A stretch of DNA of 13,757 bases. Source: Candidatus Eiseniibacteriota bacterium. GTDB lineage: Bacteria; Eisenbacteria; RBG-16-71-46. The stretch spans positions 1-13,757 of the forward strand of contig JANMQY010000024.1 of the NCBI GenBank assembly GCA_031370785.1. The letters run 5' to 3'. The position numbers and the translations under genes are program-made. Shown in pieces: positions 1-7,808 of the stretch (position 1 is its first letter; every line of letters begins with the position of its first letter). The notes below the pieces were generated by a model. The model saw nothing but the letters and a program-made list of their open reading frames with translations. It had not been told where the DNA came from and searched no databases.

Positions 1-60
1 GCGGTCTTCCTGATCGTGGTGATCGCGCTGACCAATCGCGGGGGATCGACCAAGGCGTGA
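1..60 (+). CDS. 3' end of an upstream CDS, probably a membrane protein (partial)
   Basis: Frame 1 reads AVFLIVVIALTNRGGSTKA-stop with high-GC third positions. The hydrophobic stretch is followed by TGA at 58-60. Too short to assign a family. Confidence 0.6.
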   Translation, partial: AVFLIVVIALTNRGGSTKA

Positions 61-92
61 GCTGCTGGTGCGCTTCCCGAGGGGTCCGCGGC

Positions 93-98
93 TAGAAT
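93..98 (+). promoter_or_regulatory. -10 element (TAGAAT) of a probable leaderless promoter for the kinase
   Basis: TAGAAT lies 6 nt before the ATG at 105, with no Shine-Dalgarno between them. No good -35. Confidence 0.55.
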
Positions 99-104
99 GC
101 CCCA

Positions 105-2324
105 ATGACCTCGGCTCTCCCCGGATCCCTCGTCAGCGCCCTTGCCGACCGGTATCAAATCGAGCGTGAACTCGGCCGTGGCGGCATGGCCACGGTCTAT
201 CTCGCCGACGATCTGAAACACCGGCGCAAGGTCGCGATCAAGGTCCTGCGTGAGGATGTCGCGGCTGCGATCGGCCGGGAGCGCTTCCTGCGCGAGATCG
301 AGATCGCGGCTCGGCTCACCCACCCGCACATCCTGCCGCTGCACGACTCGGGGGCGGCGGGCGAGCACCTCTACTACATCACGCCCTACATCTCGGGCGG
401 ATCGCTCCGCGCTCGGCTCGAGCGAGAGAAGCAGCTCCCGCTCGAGGACGCGCTGAGAATCGCGCGCGAAATCGCGAGCGCGCTCGGTCATGCGCATCGC
501 GAGGGGCTGGTCCACCGCGACATCAAGCCCGAGAACGTGCTGCTCTCGGAAGGCATCGTGCTCGTCGCCGACTTCGGCATCGCGCGCGTGGTGAGCGTGA
601 CGGGCGCGGATCGGCTGACGACCGCAAGCACCGCGATCGGCACGCCACGCTACATGGCGCCCGAGCAGGTGATGGGTAGCGCCGACGTGGACGGGCGCAC
701 CGATCTCTACGCCCTGGGCTGCGTGCTCTACGAGATGCTGGCGGGGCAGCCGCCGTTCACCGGCCCCGACGAGGGGGTGGCTCACCAACATCTCTCGGTC
801 GCCGCGCGCGCCGTGACCGAGCTGCGGCCCACGGTGCCGAAGGCTGTGGCCGCGGCGATCTCGAAGGCGCTCGCCAAGGCGAAGGCCGATCGCTTCGCGA
901 GCGCCACCGCGTTCGCGGAGGCGGTCTCCGAGCGCGTGGCCGAGGCTCCGGCGCCCCGTTCCGTCGCGGTCCTGCCCTTTCTCAACCTGAGCTCGAATCC
1001 CGAGAACGAGTACTTCGCCGATGGAATCACCGAGGACGTGATCGCGCAGCTCTCTAAGGTGCGCACGCTCAAGGTCATCTCGCGCACATCGGTGATGCCG
1101 TTCAAGAAGCGCGAGCAGAGCCTGAAGGAGATCGGAGCGAGACTCGAAGTCGCGACGGTGCTGGAAGGGAGCGTTCGGCGCGTCGGCGACCGGGTGAGGA
1201 TTGTGGCCCAGCTCATCGACGCCGCATCCGACCAGCACCTGTGGGCCGACACCTACGATCGCGATCTCACCGATATCTTTGCGATTCAAACCGACGTCGC
1301 GCTGCACATCGTGGCCGCGCTCAAGGCGGAGCTGTCTCCCAACGAGCGCGCGCGCATTGGCAGGGAGCCGACCAGCGACGTTCAGGCTTACGAGCTGCAT
1401 CTGCGCGGGCGATACTGCTTCGTCAAATTCACCTGGGAGGAGATGCGCCGGAGCATCGAGTACTTCGAGAGCGCAATCGAGCGCGACCCGGAGTTCGCAC
1501 TGCCGTATGTCGGGATGGCCATGGCCTACACCGAACTCGGAGAGACCGGGGCGATGATCCACGGCGAAGCCAAGACCAACGCGATGACGGCGGCAGCGAA
1601 AGCCGTCGCCCTCGATCCCGAGCTGGGCGCAGCGCACTGCGCTCTGGCCTACGCGCGTCTGGTGTTCGAGTTCGACTGGGCCGGCGCCGAGAAAGGCTTC
1701 AAGCGCGCGCTCGACCTGAGTCCGGGCGACGCGGATTCCTACGACCTTTACGGGCGCTTCTGCGCCGGTCTCGGAAGGTTCGACGAGGCGATCACGTTGC
1801 AGGAGCGGGCACGCGAGCTGGATCCGATCACGCACCGCGCGGACATCGTCACCGCGTTCCTGCGCGCGGGGCGATATGACGAAGCGGCTCAGGCGGCCAC
1901 ACGCTCCATCAAGCTGGACCAGCATGACCCTCGCGTGGTCGCGACATACGGCTGGGCGCTCTTCAAGCAGGGTCGCGCCAGCGAGGGAATTGCCGAGCTG
2001 GAGCGCGCGGTCTCGCTCAGCCCCGCCGACACTCTATGGCTTGGGCAGCTCGGGCAGGCCTATGCGCTGGCGGGGATGACCGAAAAAGCCCGAGAGGTTC
2101 TGCGAGGGCTCGAGGATCCTTCGCGGCCCGCGCGAGCCTCGTCGTACCATCTGGCCTACGTCTACACCGGACTCGGCGATGCCGACCGCGCGATGGATTG
2201 CCTGGAGCGTGCGTTCGAAGAGCGGGTCGGAGCGCTGTACGGAATCAAGGGATCGTTTCTCTTCGCGCCGCTAAGGCAGCATCCGAGATTCATTGCGCTG
2301 CTGAAGAGGATGAATCTGGGGTGA
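105..2324 (+). CDS. Hanks-type Ser/Thr protein kinase with TolB-like middle domain and C-terminal TPR repeats (739 aa)
   Basis: Intact motifs LGRGGMATVY, VAIK, HRDIKPEN, DFG and GTPRYMAPE. SVAVLPFLNLS...EYFADGITEDVI is a TolB-like segment. Several helical TPR-like repeats follow (AIERDPEFA, ALDLSPGDA, ARELDP). No transmembrane segment is evident. Confidence 0.95.
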   Translation: MTSALPGSLVSALADRYQIERELGRGGMATVYLADDLKHRRKVAIKVLREDVAAAIGRERFLREIEIAARLTHPHILPLHDSGAAGEHLYYITPYISGGSLRARLEREKQLPLEDALRIAREIASALGHAHREGLVHRDIKPENVLLSEGIVLVADFGIARVVSVTGADRLTTASTAIGTPRYMAPEQVMGSADVDGRTDLYALGCVLYEMLAGQPPFTGPDEGVAHQHLSVAARAVTELRPTVPKAVAAAISKALAKAKADRFASATAFAEAVSERVAEAPAPRSVAVLPFLNLSSNPENEYFADGITEDVIAQLSKVRTLKVISRTSVMPFKKREQSLKEIGARLEVATVLEGSVRRVGDRVRIVAQLIDAASDQHLWADTYDRDLTDIFAIQTDVALHIVAALKAELSPNERARIGREPTSDVQAYELHLRGRYCFVKFTWEEMRRSIEYFESAIERDPEFALPYVGMAMAYTELGETGAMIHGEAKTNAMTAAAKAVALDPELGAAHCALAYARLVFEFDWAGAEKGFKRALDLSPGDADSYDLYGRFCAGLGRFDEAITLQERARELDPITHRADIVTAFLRAGRYDEAAQAATRSIKLDQHDPRVVATYGWALFKQGRASEGIAELERAVSLSPADTLWLGQLGQAYALAGMTEKAREVLRGLEDPSRPARASSYHLAYVYTGLGDADRAMDCLERAFEERVGALYGIKGSFLFAPLRQHPRFIALLKRMNLG

Positions 2325-2325
2325 G
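2306..2325 (+). repeat. 20-bp direct repeat, copy 1 (GAGGATGAATCTGGGGTGAG), covering the kinase's last codons and stop
   Basis: Identical to 3114-3133. Confidence 0.9.
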
Positions 2326-2387
2326 TGGGGGGCGCCTCGGACCGGGCGCATGCGTACCCGCATGGTCTGACGGCCCCAACGTGATGC

Positions 2388-2416
2388 TTGCCTTCGCTCA
2401 AGTCCGTGGGTAGCGT
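2388..2416 (+). promoter_or_regulatory. sigma70-type promoter of the DUF1579-like gene
   Basis: TTGCCT (2388-2393), 17-nt spacer, TAGCGT (2411-2416). Shine-Dalgarno GGAGG at 2442-2446 before the ATG at 2453. Confidence 0.55.
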
Positions 2417-2452
2417 CTCGGTCCCCCGCGGATCTACCCATGGAGGTCTCAC

Positions 2453-3091
2453 ATGAACGCTCGCACGCCGCTTCTCGCCGTCTGCATCTGCCTCGCGCTC
2501 AGCGTTTCGCTTGCCCACGCTCAATCGAGCACGAAGACCACCACGGTCACCACGAAGACGAAGACTGTCGCTCCCCCGATGGACCCCAAGGTGATGGAAG
2601 AGATGATGGCAAAGGCGGCCACGCCGGGTCCGCAGCACGAGCGCCTGAAGAAGCTCGTCGGAGAGTGGAATTGCACCGTATCGATGATGATGGATCCCTC
2701 ACAGCCCCCGCAGGAGACCAAGTCCATCGCTGTGGTGACGTCGCTGATGGACGGTCGCTACTTCCAGGAGCAGGACACCGGCGAGATGATGGGCAAGCCA
2801 TTCCTCGGCCAGAGCCTCACCGGCTACGACAACGTCATGAAGAAGTACGTGAGCACCTGGATCGACAACAGCGGCACGGGGATCATGACCAGCGAGGGAA
2901 TCCCGGACGCCACCGGAAACGTGATCACGTGGACTGGCTGGTCTTCGGACCCCATGTCTGGCAAGAAGACGAAGTACCGCATGGTCACGACATTCATCGA
3001 CGACAACAAACACACCTTCGACATGTTCGGCCCGGGCCCCGGCGGTAAGGAGTCGAAGATGATGACGATCACGTACAACCGCAAGATGTAG
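2453..3091 (+). CDS. Secreted DUF1579-family protein (212 aa)
   Basis: Signal peptide ending in AHA-Q, then a Thr/Lys-rich linker. PGPQHERLKKLVGEW, GRYF, GYDN..KKYVSTWIDN.GTG are recalled DUF1579 hallmarks. Good RBS. Confidence 0.85.
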   Translation: MNARTPLLAVCICLALSVSLAHAQSSTKTTTVTTKTKTVAPPMDPKVMEEMMAKAATPGPQHERLKKLVGEWNCTVSMMMDPSQPPQETKSIAVVTSLMDGRYFQEQDTGEMMGKPFLGQSLTGYDNVMKKYVSTWIDNSGTGIMTSEGIPDATGNVITWTGWSSDPMSGKKTKYRMVTTFIDDNKHTFDMFGPGPGGKESKMMTITYNRKM

Positions 3092-3113
3092 CGATGCGGC
3101 CGCCAATGTCTCC

Positions 3114-3133
3114 GAGGATGAATCTGGGGTGAG
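3114..3133 (+). repeat. 20-bp direct repeat, copy 2 (GAGGATGAATCTGGGGTGAG)
   Basis: Identical to 2306-2325, 808 bp downstream, in non-coding DNA. Confidence 0.9.
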
Positions 3134-3204
3134 CGAGGGCGTGGCGGCTGCTGCTGATCGGACTCGGCGTGGTGTGGACGTTGGCGGCGGGGAGCGATCC
3201 TGAC

Positions 3205-5952
3205 CTACCTCAACACCGCCACTCGCGTCACGCGCACGCTCGCGCCCTGCACGAGTCGCACGAGGTAGAGCCCCGGCGGCAGCGCGCGATCCATCGTGAG
3301 ATCGACGACGTGTAGGCCCGCGCCCAGTGCGCCGACATCGCGCGCCGCGATGCGGCGACCGCTGATGTCGATCACTTCGAGGCGCGCGGGCGCAGATGAT
3401 GGCAGCGCGAACCTGACGCTGAGCTGGCCGCCGCGCGATGGGTTCGGCCGCACGCCTTCGAGCGCGAACGCGAGCGGGGTGGGGTCGCCTACGCCTGTCG
3501 GGGCCGGGACCACCTTCACCATTAGCACCGGCGAGACGCTGCCGGAGAGCCTGCCGTCGCCTTTGTAGACCGCGGTGAGCGAGCGTTCCCCGAGACGCGC
3601 GGCGGTCACCGTAAGATTGGCCGTGCCGCCACTCACGGGTGATGTGCCGATCAGCGTGAATCCGTCGAAGAACCGGACCGAGTCGGCCGTCGCGCCGGCA
3701 ATTCCTGGAGGCACCGAGATGGTCACGCTCAGAGAGAGCGATGCTCCCTCGGCCATTGTGCTCGGGCTCGCGGCAAGCACAGTCTTCGTCGGAGTGAGTC
3801 CCAGCAGTATCGAGACCGAGGCTGAGTCGTAGTTCGCCACCGCCAGATCGAGCTTGCCGTCGCCGTTGAATTCCCCGATCGCGACCGAAATCGGAAAGCC
3901 TCCGGTGGCGAAGTCGGTCTTGCCACCGAACCCGCCCGCGCCGTTGCCGAGCAGCACCGAGACGGTGTTGGCGTTGGAGTTCGCCGCCGTCAGGTCGAGC
4001 TTGCCGTCGCCGTTGAGGTCGCCGATCGCGACCGAGTAGGGCCAGGAGCCGGTCGCGAAGTTGGACTGGGGCGCGAAGCCACCGGTGCCGTTGCCGAGCA
4101 GCACCGAGACCGTGGCGTCGCCAATGTTTGCCACGGCAAGGTCGGGCCTGCCGTCGGCGTTGAGATCCCCGATCGCGACCGAGTTGGGAAAGTAGTCGGT
4201 CGGGAAGTCGGTCTTGGCCCCGAATCCGCCCATACCATTACCGAGCAGAATGGAGACCGTGTTGGTGCCGTTGTTCGCCGTTGCCAGGTCGAGCTTGCCG
4301 TCGCCACTGACGTCCCCGATCGCGATCCCGCCTGGACTACTCCCGGTCGTGAAGTCGGTCTTGGCCCCGAATCCGCCCACACCATTACCGAGCAGAATGG
4401 AGACCGTGTTGGCGTTGCTGTTCGCCGTCGCCAGGTCGAGCTTGCCGTCGCCATTCACGTCGCCGATCACGACCGAGTATGGAGACGAGCCGGTCGTGAA
4501 GTCGGTCTTGGTCCCGAAGCCGCCCGCGCCGTTGCCGAGCAGCACCGACACTGAGTTCGAGTTCCGGTTCGCCACTGCAAGGTCGGGCTCGAGGTCGCCG
4601 TTGAAGTCCCCGATCGCGACCGAGTTGGACAGCAACCCCGTCGCGAAGTCGGTCCTGGCTCCAAATGAGCCCCCGCCGTTGCCGAGCAGCACCGAGACCG
4701 TGCCGGAATTGCTCGGACCCAGGCCTCTGTTCGCCACCGCCAGGTCGAGCTTGCCATCGCCGCTGAGATCCCCGACCGCGACCCAGAACGCATGGGGCCC
4801 GGTCCCAAAGTCGGTCTTCGCTCCGAAACCACCGGTGCCGTTGCCGAGCAGCACCGACACCGTGTTGGAGCTGTTGTTCGCTACCGCAACGTCGCGCTGG
4901 CCGTCGCCGTTCAGGTCCGCGATCGCGACCGCGGCGGGGTTGCTCCCGCTCGCGAACTCGATATTGGCCCCAAAGCCGCCCGCGCCATTTCCGAGCAGCA
5001 CCGACACCGTCGTGGAAGACTGGTTCGCCACCGCCAGGTCGGGCCTGCCGTCGCCGTTGAGGTCCCCGATCGCGACCACGGCCGGGCCGAGCCCCGTCGC
5101 GAAGTCGGTTTTGGCGCCGAAGCCGCCCGCGCCGTTGCCGAGCAGCACCGAGATCGTGTTGTCGCCGGCGTTCGTAACCGCCAGGTCGAGCTTGCCGTCG
5201 GCGCTCACGTCCCCGATCGCTATCGAAACGGGGCTCCCCCCGGTGGCGAAGTCGGTCTTGGCCCCAAAGCTGCCGGCGCCGTCGCCAAGCAGCACCGAGA
5301 CCGCATCGGAGCCGGCGTTCACCACCGCCAGGTCGGGCTTGCCGTCGCCGCTCATATCGCCGATCGCGACCGAGTATGGATTGTTCGCGGTTGCGAAGTC
5401 GGTCCTGGGCCCGAAACCACCGGAGCCGTTTCCGAGCAGCACCGAGACGGTGTTCGAAAACTGGTTCGCCACCGCCAGGTCGGGCTTGCCGTCGCCGCTC
5501 ACGTCGCCGATCGCGACCGCGAAGGGAACACTTCCCGTCGCGAAGTCAGTCTTGGCGCCGAAACCGCCCACACCGTTGCCGAGCAGCACCGAGACTGTAT
5601 TGGAGCTGACGTTCGCGACGGCCAGGTCGAGCTTGCCGTCGCCGTTCAGGTCCCCGACCGCGACCATGATCGGGTTGACCCCGGTCGCGAAGTCGGTCTT
5701 GAACCCGAAGCCACCGGTCCCGTTGCCGAGCAGCACCGAGGCCGTGGCGGAGCCGTAGTTCGCCACCACCAGATCGGGCTTGTCGTCGGCATTGAAGTCA
5801 CCGGTCACGACCGACTGGGGGTTGGCGCCGGTCGCGAAGTCGAGCCTCACGCTGACAACGAAAGGCTGCGCGACCGACGGCGCCGCTTGCAACATCACTA
5901 GCAAGCTGACGCAGGACAGCGTCAACGATGAGAACGGAGCGGAGCGGCGCAT
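3205..5952 (-). CDS. Secreted FG-GAP/VCBS-repeat beta-propeller protein with Ig-like domain and T9SS-A/FlgD-like C-terminal domain (915 aa from ATG 5952; alternative GTG start at 6030)
   Basis: Signal peptide MRRSAPF...PSVA-Q. Fourteen ~49-aa repeats carry D-[FLVM]-[NS]-G-D-G-K-x-D-L calcium-blade motifs. An Ig-like domain follows (TKTVLAASP...VRFFDG...LTAVYKGD), then a C-terminal ...VRPNP...DISGRRI...PPGLYLVRL...RVAVLR. Confidence 0.92.
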   Translation of the reverse strand: MRRSAPFSSLTLSCVSLLVMLQAAPSVAQPFVVSVRLDFATGANPQSVVTGDFNADDKPDLVVANYGSATASVLLGNGTGGFGFKTDFATGVNPIMVAVGDLNGDGKLDLAVANVSSNTVSVLLGNGVGGFGAKTDFATGSVPFAVAIGDVSGDGKPDLAVANQFSNTVSVLLGNGSGGFGPRTDFATANNPYSVAIGDMSGDGKPDLAVVNAGSDAVSVLLGDGAGSFGAKTDFATGGSPVSIAIGDVSADGKLDLAVTNAGDNTISVLLGNGAGGFGAKTDFATGLGPAVVAIGDLNGDGRPDLAVANQSSTTVSVLLGNGAGGFGANIEFASGSNPAAVAIADLNGDGQRDVAVANNSSNTVSVLLGNGTGGFGAKTDFGTGPHAFWVAVGDLSGDGKLDLAVANRGLGPSNSGTVSVLLGNGGGSFGARTDFATGLLSNSVAIGDFNGDLEPDLAVANRNSNSVSVLLGNGAGGFGTKTDFTTGSSPYSVVIGDVNGDGKLDLATANSNANTVSILLGNGVGGFGAKTDFTTGSSPGGIAIGDVSGDGKLDLATANNGTNTVSILLGNGMGGFGAKTDFPTDYFPNSVAIGDLNADGRPDLAVANIGDATVSVLLGNGTGGFAPQSNFATGSWPYSVAIGDLNGDGKLDLTAANSNANTVSVLLGNGAGGFGGKTDFATGGFPISVAIGEFNGDGKLDLAVANYDSASVSILLGLTPTKTVLAASPSTMAEGASLSLSVTISVPPGIAGATADSVRFFDGFTLIGTSPVSGGTANLTVTAARLGERSLTAVYKGDGRLSGSVSPVLMVKVVPAPTGVGDPTPLAFALEGVRPNPSRGGQLSVRFALPSSAPARLEVIDISGRRIAARDVGALGAGLHVVDLTMDRALPPGLYLVRLVQGASVRVTRVAVLR
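3799..5847 (-). repeat. Intragenic tandem repeat, 14 units of ~147 bp (unit 8 has a 15-bp insertion; unit 14 is truncated)
   Basis: GAAGTCGGTCTTGG...GCCGTTGCCGAGCAGCACCGAGAC...CCAGGTCGAGCTTGCCGTCGCCG recurs with variation at ~147-bp period. Confidence 0.92.
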
Positions 5953-6150
5953 TGAGCATCTCCACTCTTGGTGTGCGATCGACTGAACGCGATAGCTGCA
6001 GCTAAGCGCATTCAGGACCCGATTCGCCACGGCGGGACTCCTTGTCGGCAGTAGGAGGTGGTCATAAGCGGGGTCTTCCTTCGCGATTCCGGCTTCGACC
6101 AGTATGCGCCCCTGCTCGGGTCAGAATCAGCCTTTTTCCACCTTCACCCC

Positions 6151-6179
6151 TTGAGCCGCGCGCCCCATTCCGGCACTCT
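6151..6179 (+). promoter_or_regulatory. Possible sigma70-type promoter for the NCS1 gene
   Basis: TTGAGC, 17-nt spacer, CACTCT. The -10 is weak. Confidence 0.3.
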
Positions 6180-6245
6180 GCGCGATCAGTCCCTCGCCCG
6201 GCCGCACCGCTCGGGCGCCGCTCCCAGCCACCCGAGGCCCAGGCC

Positions 6246-7772
6246 ATGCCCGCAAGCGCCGACTCCGAACTGATCCAGCACCCGGACGGCCGTGTCGAGC
6301 TGCGCGAGTACGATTCGATCCGCTCGAGTCCGCTCTACAATGAGGACCTCGCCCCGGTGCCGGTCGCCAGGCGCGACTGGAGCACCTACAACTACGCGGC
6401 GCTGTGGATCAGCATGGCGCACTGCATTCCCACCTACATGCTGGCGGCGGGGCTGATCAGCGTCGGCATGAACTGGTGGCAGGCGCTGCTCACGATCCTG
6501 CTCGGCAACCTGATCGTGCTGATCCCGATCCTCCTGAACTCGCACCCGGGCACGAAATACGGCATTCCATTCCCGGTGCTGGTGCGCGCGAGCTACGGCA
6601 CGCTGGGCTCGAACCTGCCGGCGCTGATGCGGGCGATCGTCGCGTGCGGGTGGTACGGCATCCAGGCGTGGATCGGCGGCGAGGCGCTGCACACCTTGTT
6701 CAGCGCGATCATTCCGGGCTGGCGCACGCTGCTCGGCGGCCCGATCTGGGGCTATCCGCCGACCGAGTGGATCTCATTCCTGCTCTTCTGGTGCCTCAAC
6801 ATCTACATCATCTATCGCGGCATGAACCTGCTGCGCAAGGTCGAGAACTGGGCCGCGCCGTTCGTGCTGATCATGACGGGCGTGCTGCTGGCGTGGGCGC
6901 TGTGGCGCGCGAAGGGGCTCGGCGATCTGCTGCATCAGCCGCCCAAGTTCAGCACATGGGCCGAGTTCATGCCGGTGTTCGTTCCTTCGCTGACGGCGAT
7001 GATCGGCTACTGGGCCACGCTCTCGCTCAACATGCCGGACTTCACGCGCTTTGGCCGCAGCCAGCGCGAGCAGGCGGTGGGGCAGATCGTGGCGCTGCCC
7101 ACGACCATGACGGTGTTCGCGGCGATGGGCGTGATGATCACCTCGGCGGCGACGCTGATCTATCCCCACATGAGCGCGAGCGAGCTGTGGGATCCGATGA
7201 AGGTGGTCGGCCAGTTCCAGCAGGTATGGGTGATCGCGATCTCGATGTTCACGGTGGTAGTGGCCACGCTCGCGGTCAACATCGCGGCCAACGTGGTCTC
7301 ACCGGCCAACGACTTCGCCAACGCGTTCCCCAAGTGGATCTCGTTCCGCACCGGCGGGCTGATCACGGGGGTGGTCGGCATCCTGATGCAGCCGTGGCGG
7401 CTGCTCGCCGATCCCTCGGGCTACATCTTCAAGTGGCTGGTCGGATACTCGGGCGGGCTGGGCTCGATCGCGGGGGTCATGATCGCGGACTACTGGCTGG
7501 TGCGAAAGCAGCGGCTCGCGCTCGGCGACCTCTACCGCACGCACGGCGTCTATCGCTACGTGGGTGGATGGAACTGGCGCGCGGTGGTCGCGACGATCGT
7601 GGGCTGCACGCTGGCCTGGATCGGGCTCGTGGTGCCGGCGCTCAAACCGCTCTACGACTACGCATGGTTTGTCGGATTCATCTCATCGGCGTTGATCCAT
7701 CTGGTGCTGATGAGCGCCTTTCCGCCCGAGCCGAACCCGGCCTCACGTCACGTGGCGGTCGCAGAGAGCTGA
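6246..7772 (+). CDS. NCS1-family nucleobase:cation symporter (uracil/allantoin/hydantoin permease-like, 508 aa)
   Basis: Motifs LYNEDLAP, WISM, G.KYGIPFPV..RASYG, RAIVACGWYGIQAWIGG, WATLSLNMPDFTRF, NIAANVVSPANDF and about 12 hydrophobic segments. ATG 6246 is preferred over TTG 6042 because the extension is Pro/Arg-rich and unlike the family. Confidence 0.93.
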   Translation: MPASADSELIQHPDGRVELREYDSIRSSPLYNEDLAPVPVARRDWSTYNYAALWISMAHCIPTYMLAAGLISVGMNWWQALLTILLGNLIVLIPILLNSHPGTKYGIPFPVLVRASYGTLGSNLPALMRAIVACGWYGIQAWIGGEALHTLFSAIIPGWRTLLGGPIWGYPPTEWISFLLFWCLNIYIIYRGMNLLRKVENWAAPFVLIMTGVLLAWALWRAKGLGDLLHQPPKFSTWAEFMPVFVPSLTAMIGYWATLSLNMPDFTRFGRSQREQAVGQIVALPTTMTVFAAMGVMITSAATLIYPHMSASELWDPMKVVGQFQQVWVIAISMFTVVVATLAVNIAANVVSPANDFANAFPKWISFRTGGLITGVVGILMQPWRLLADPSGYIFKWLVGYSGGLGSIAGVMIADYWLVRKQRLALGDLYRTHGVYRYVGGWNWRAVVATIVGCTLAWIGLVVPALKPLYDYAWFVGFISSALIHLVLMSAFPPEPNPASRHVAVAES

Positions 7773-7808
7773 CGGTCGTGGTATGTATGCACGGCGGTCG
7801 GGCTCAGG

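Noticed and set aside
2326..3113. Integron gene cassette interpretation of the DUF1579 insert
   Set aside because: No RYYYAAC...GTTRRRY attC structure after the gene and no integrase. The boundaries are direct repeats instead.
4214..5758. 514-aa antisense ORF, and the 369-aa ORF at 4792-5901, with repetitive sequence
   Set aside because: Shadow of the repetitive, codon-biased FG-GAP gene on the opposite strand.
3799..5847. Periodic repeats considered as a CRISPR array or DGR template/variable repeat
   Set aside because: Units are in-frame ~147-bp coding repeats without unique spacers. No cas or reverse transcriptase gene is present, and no adenine-specific mismatch pattern was evident.
6180..6245. 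Possible purine or xanthine riboswitch ahead of the NCS1 gene
   Set aside because: Only a simple GC-rich hairpin (CGCCCG...CGGGCG). No conserved aptamer nucleotides were recognised.
7741..7758. CCTCACGTCACGTGGCGG, resembling the TipA operator and the dyad at 12305
   Set aside because: It lies inside the NCS1 coding tail, its centre spacing differs from the 12305 dyad (1 vs 2 nt), its right arm is degenerate, and no promoter frames it. Worth rechecking only if a regulon scan recovers it.
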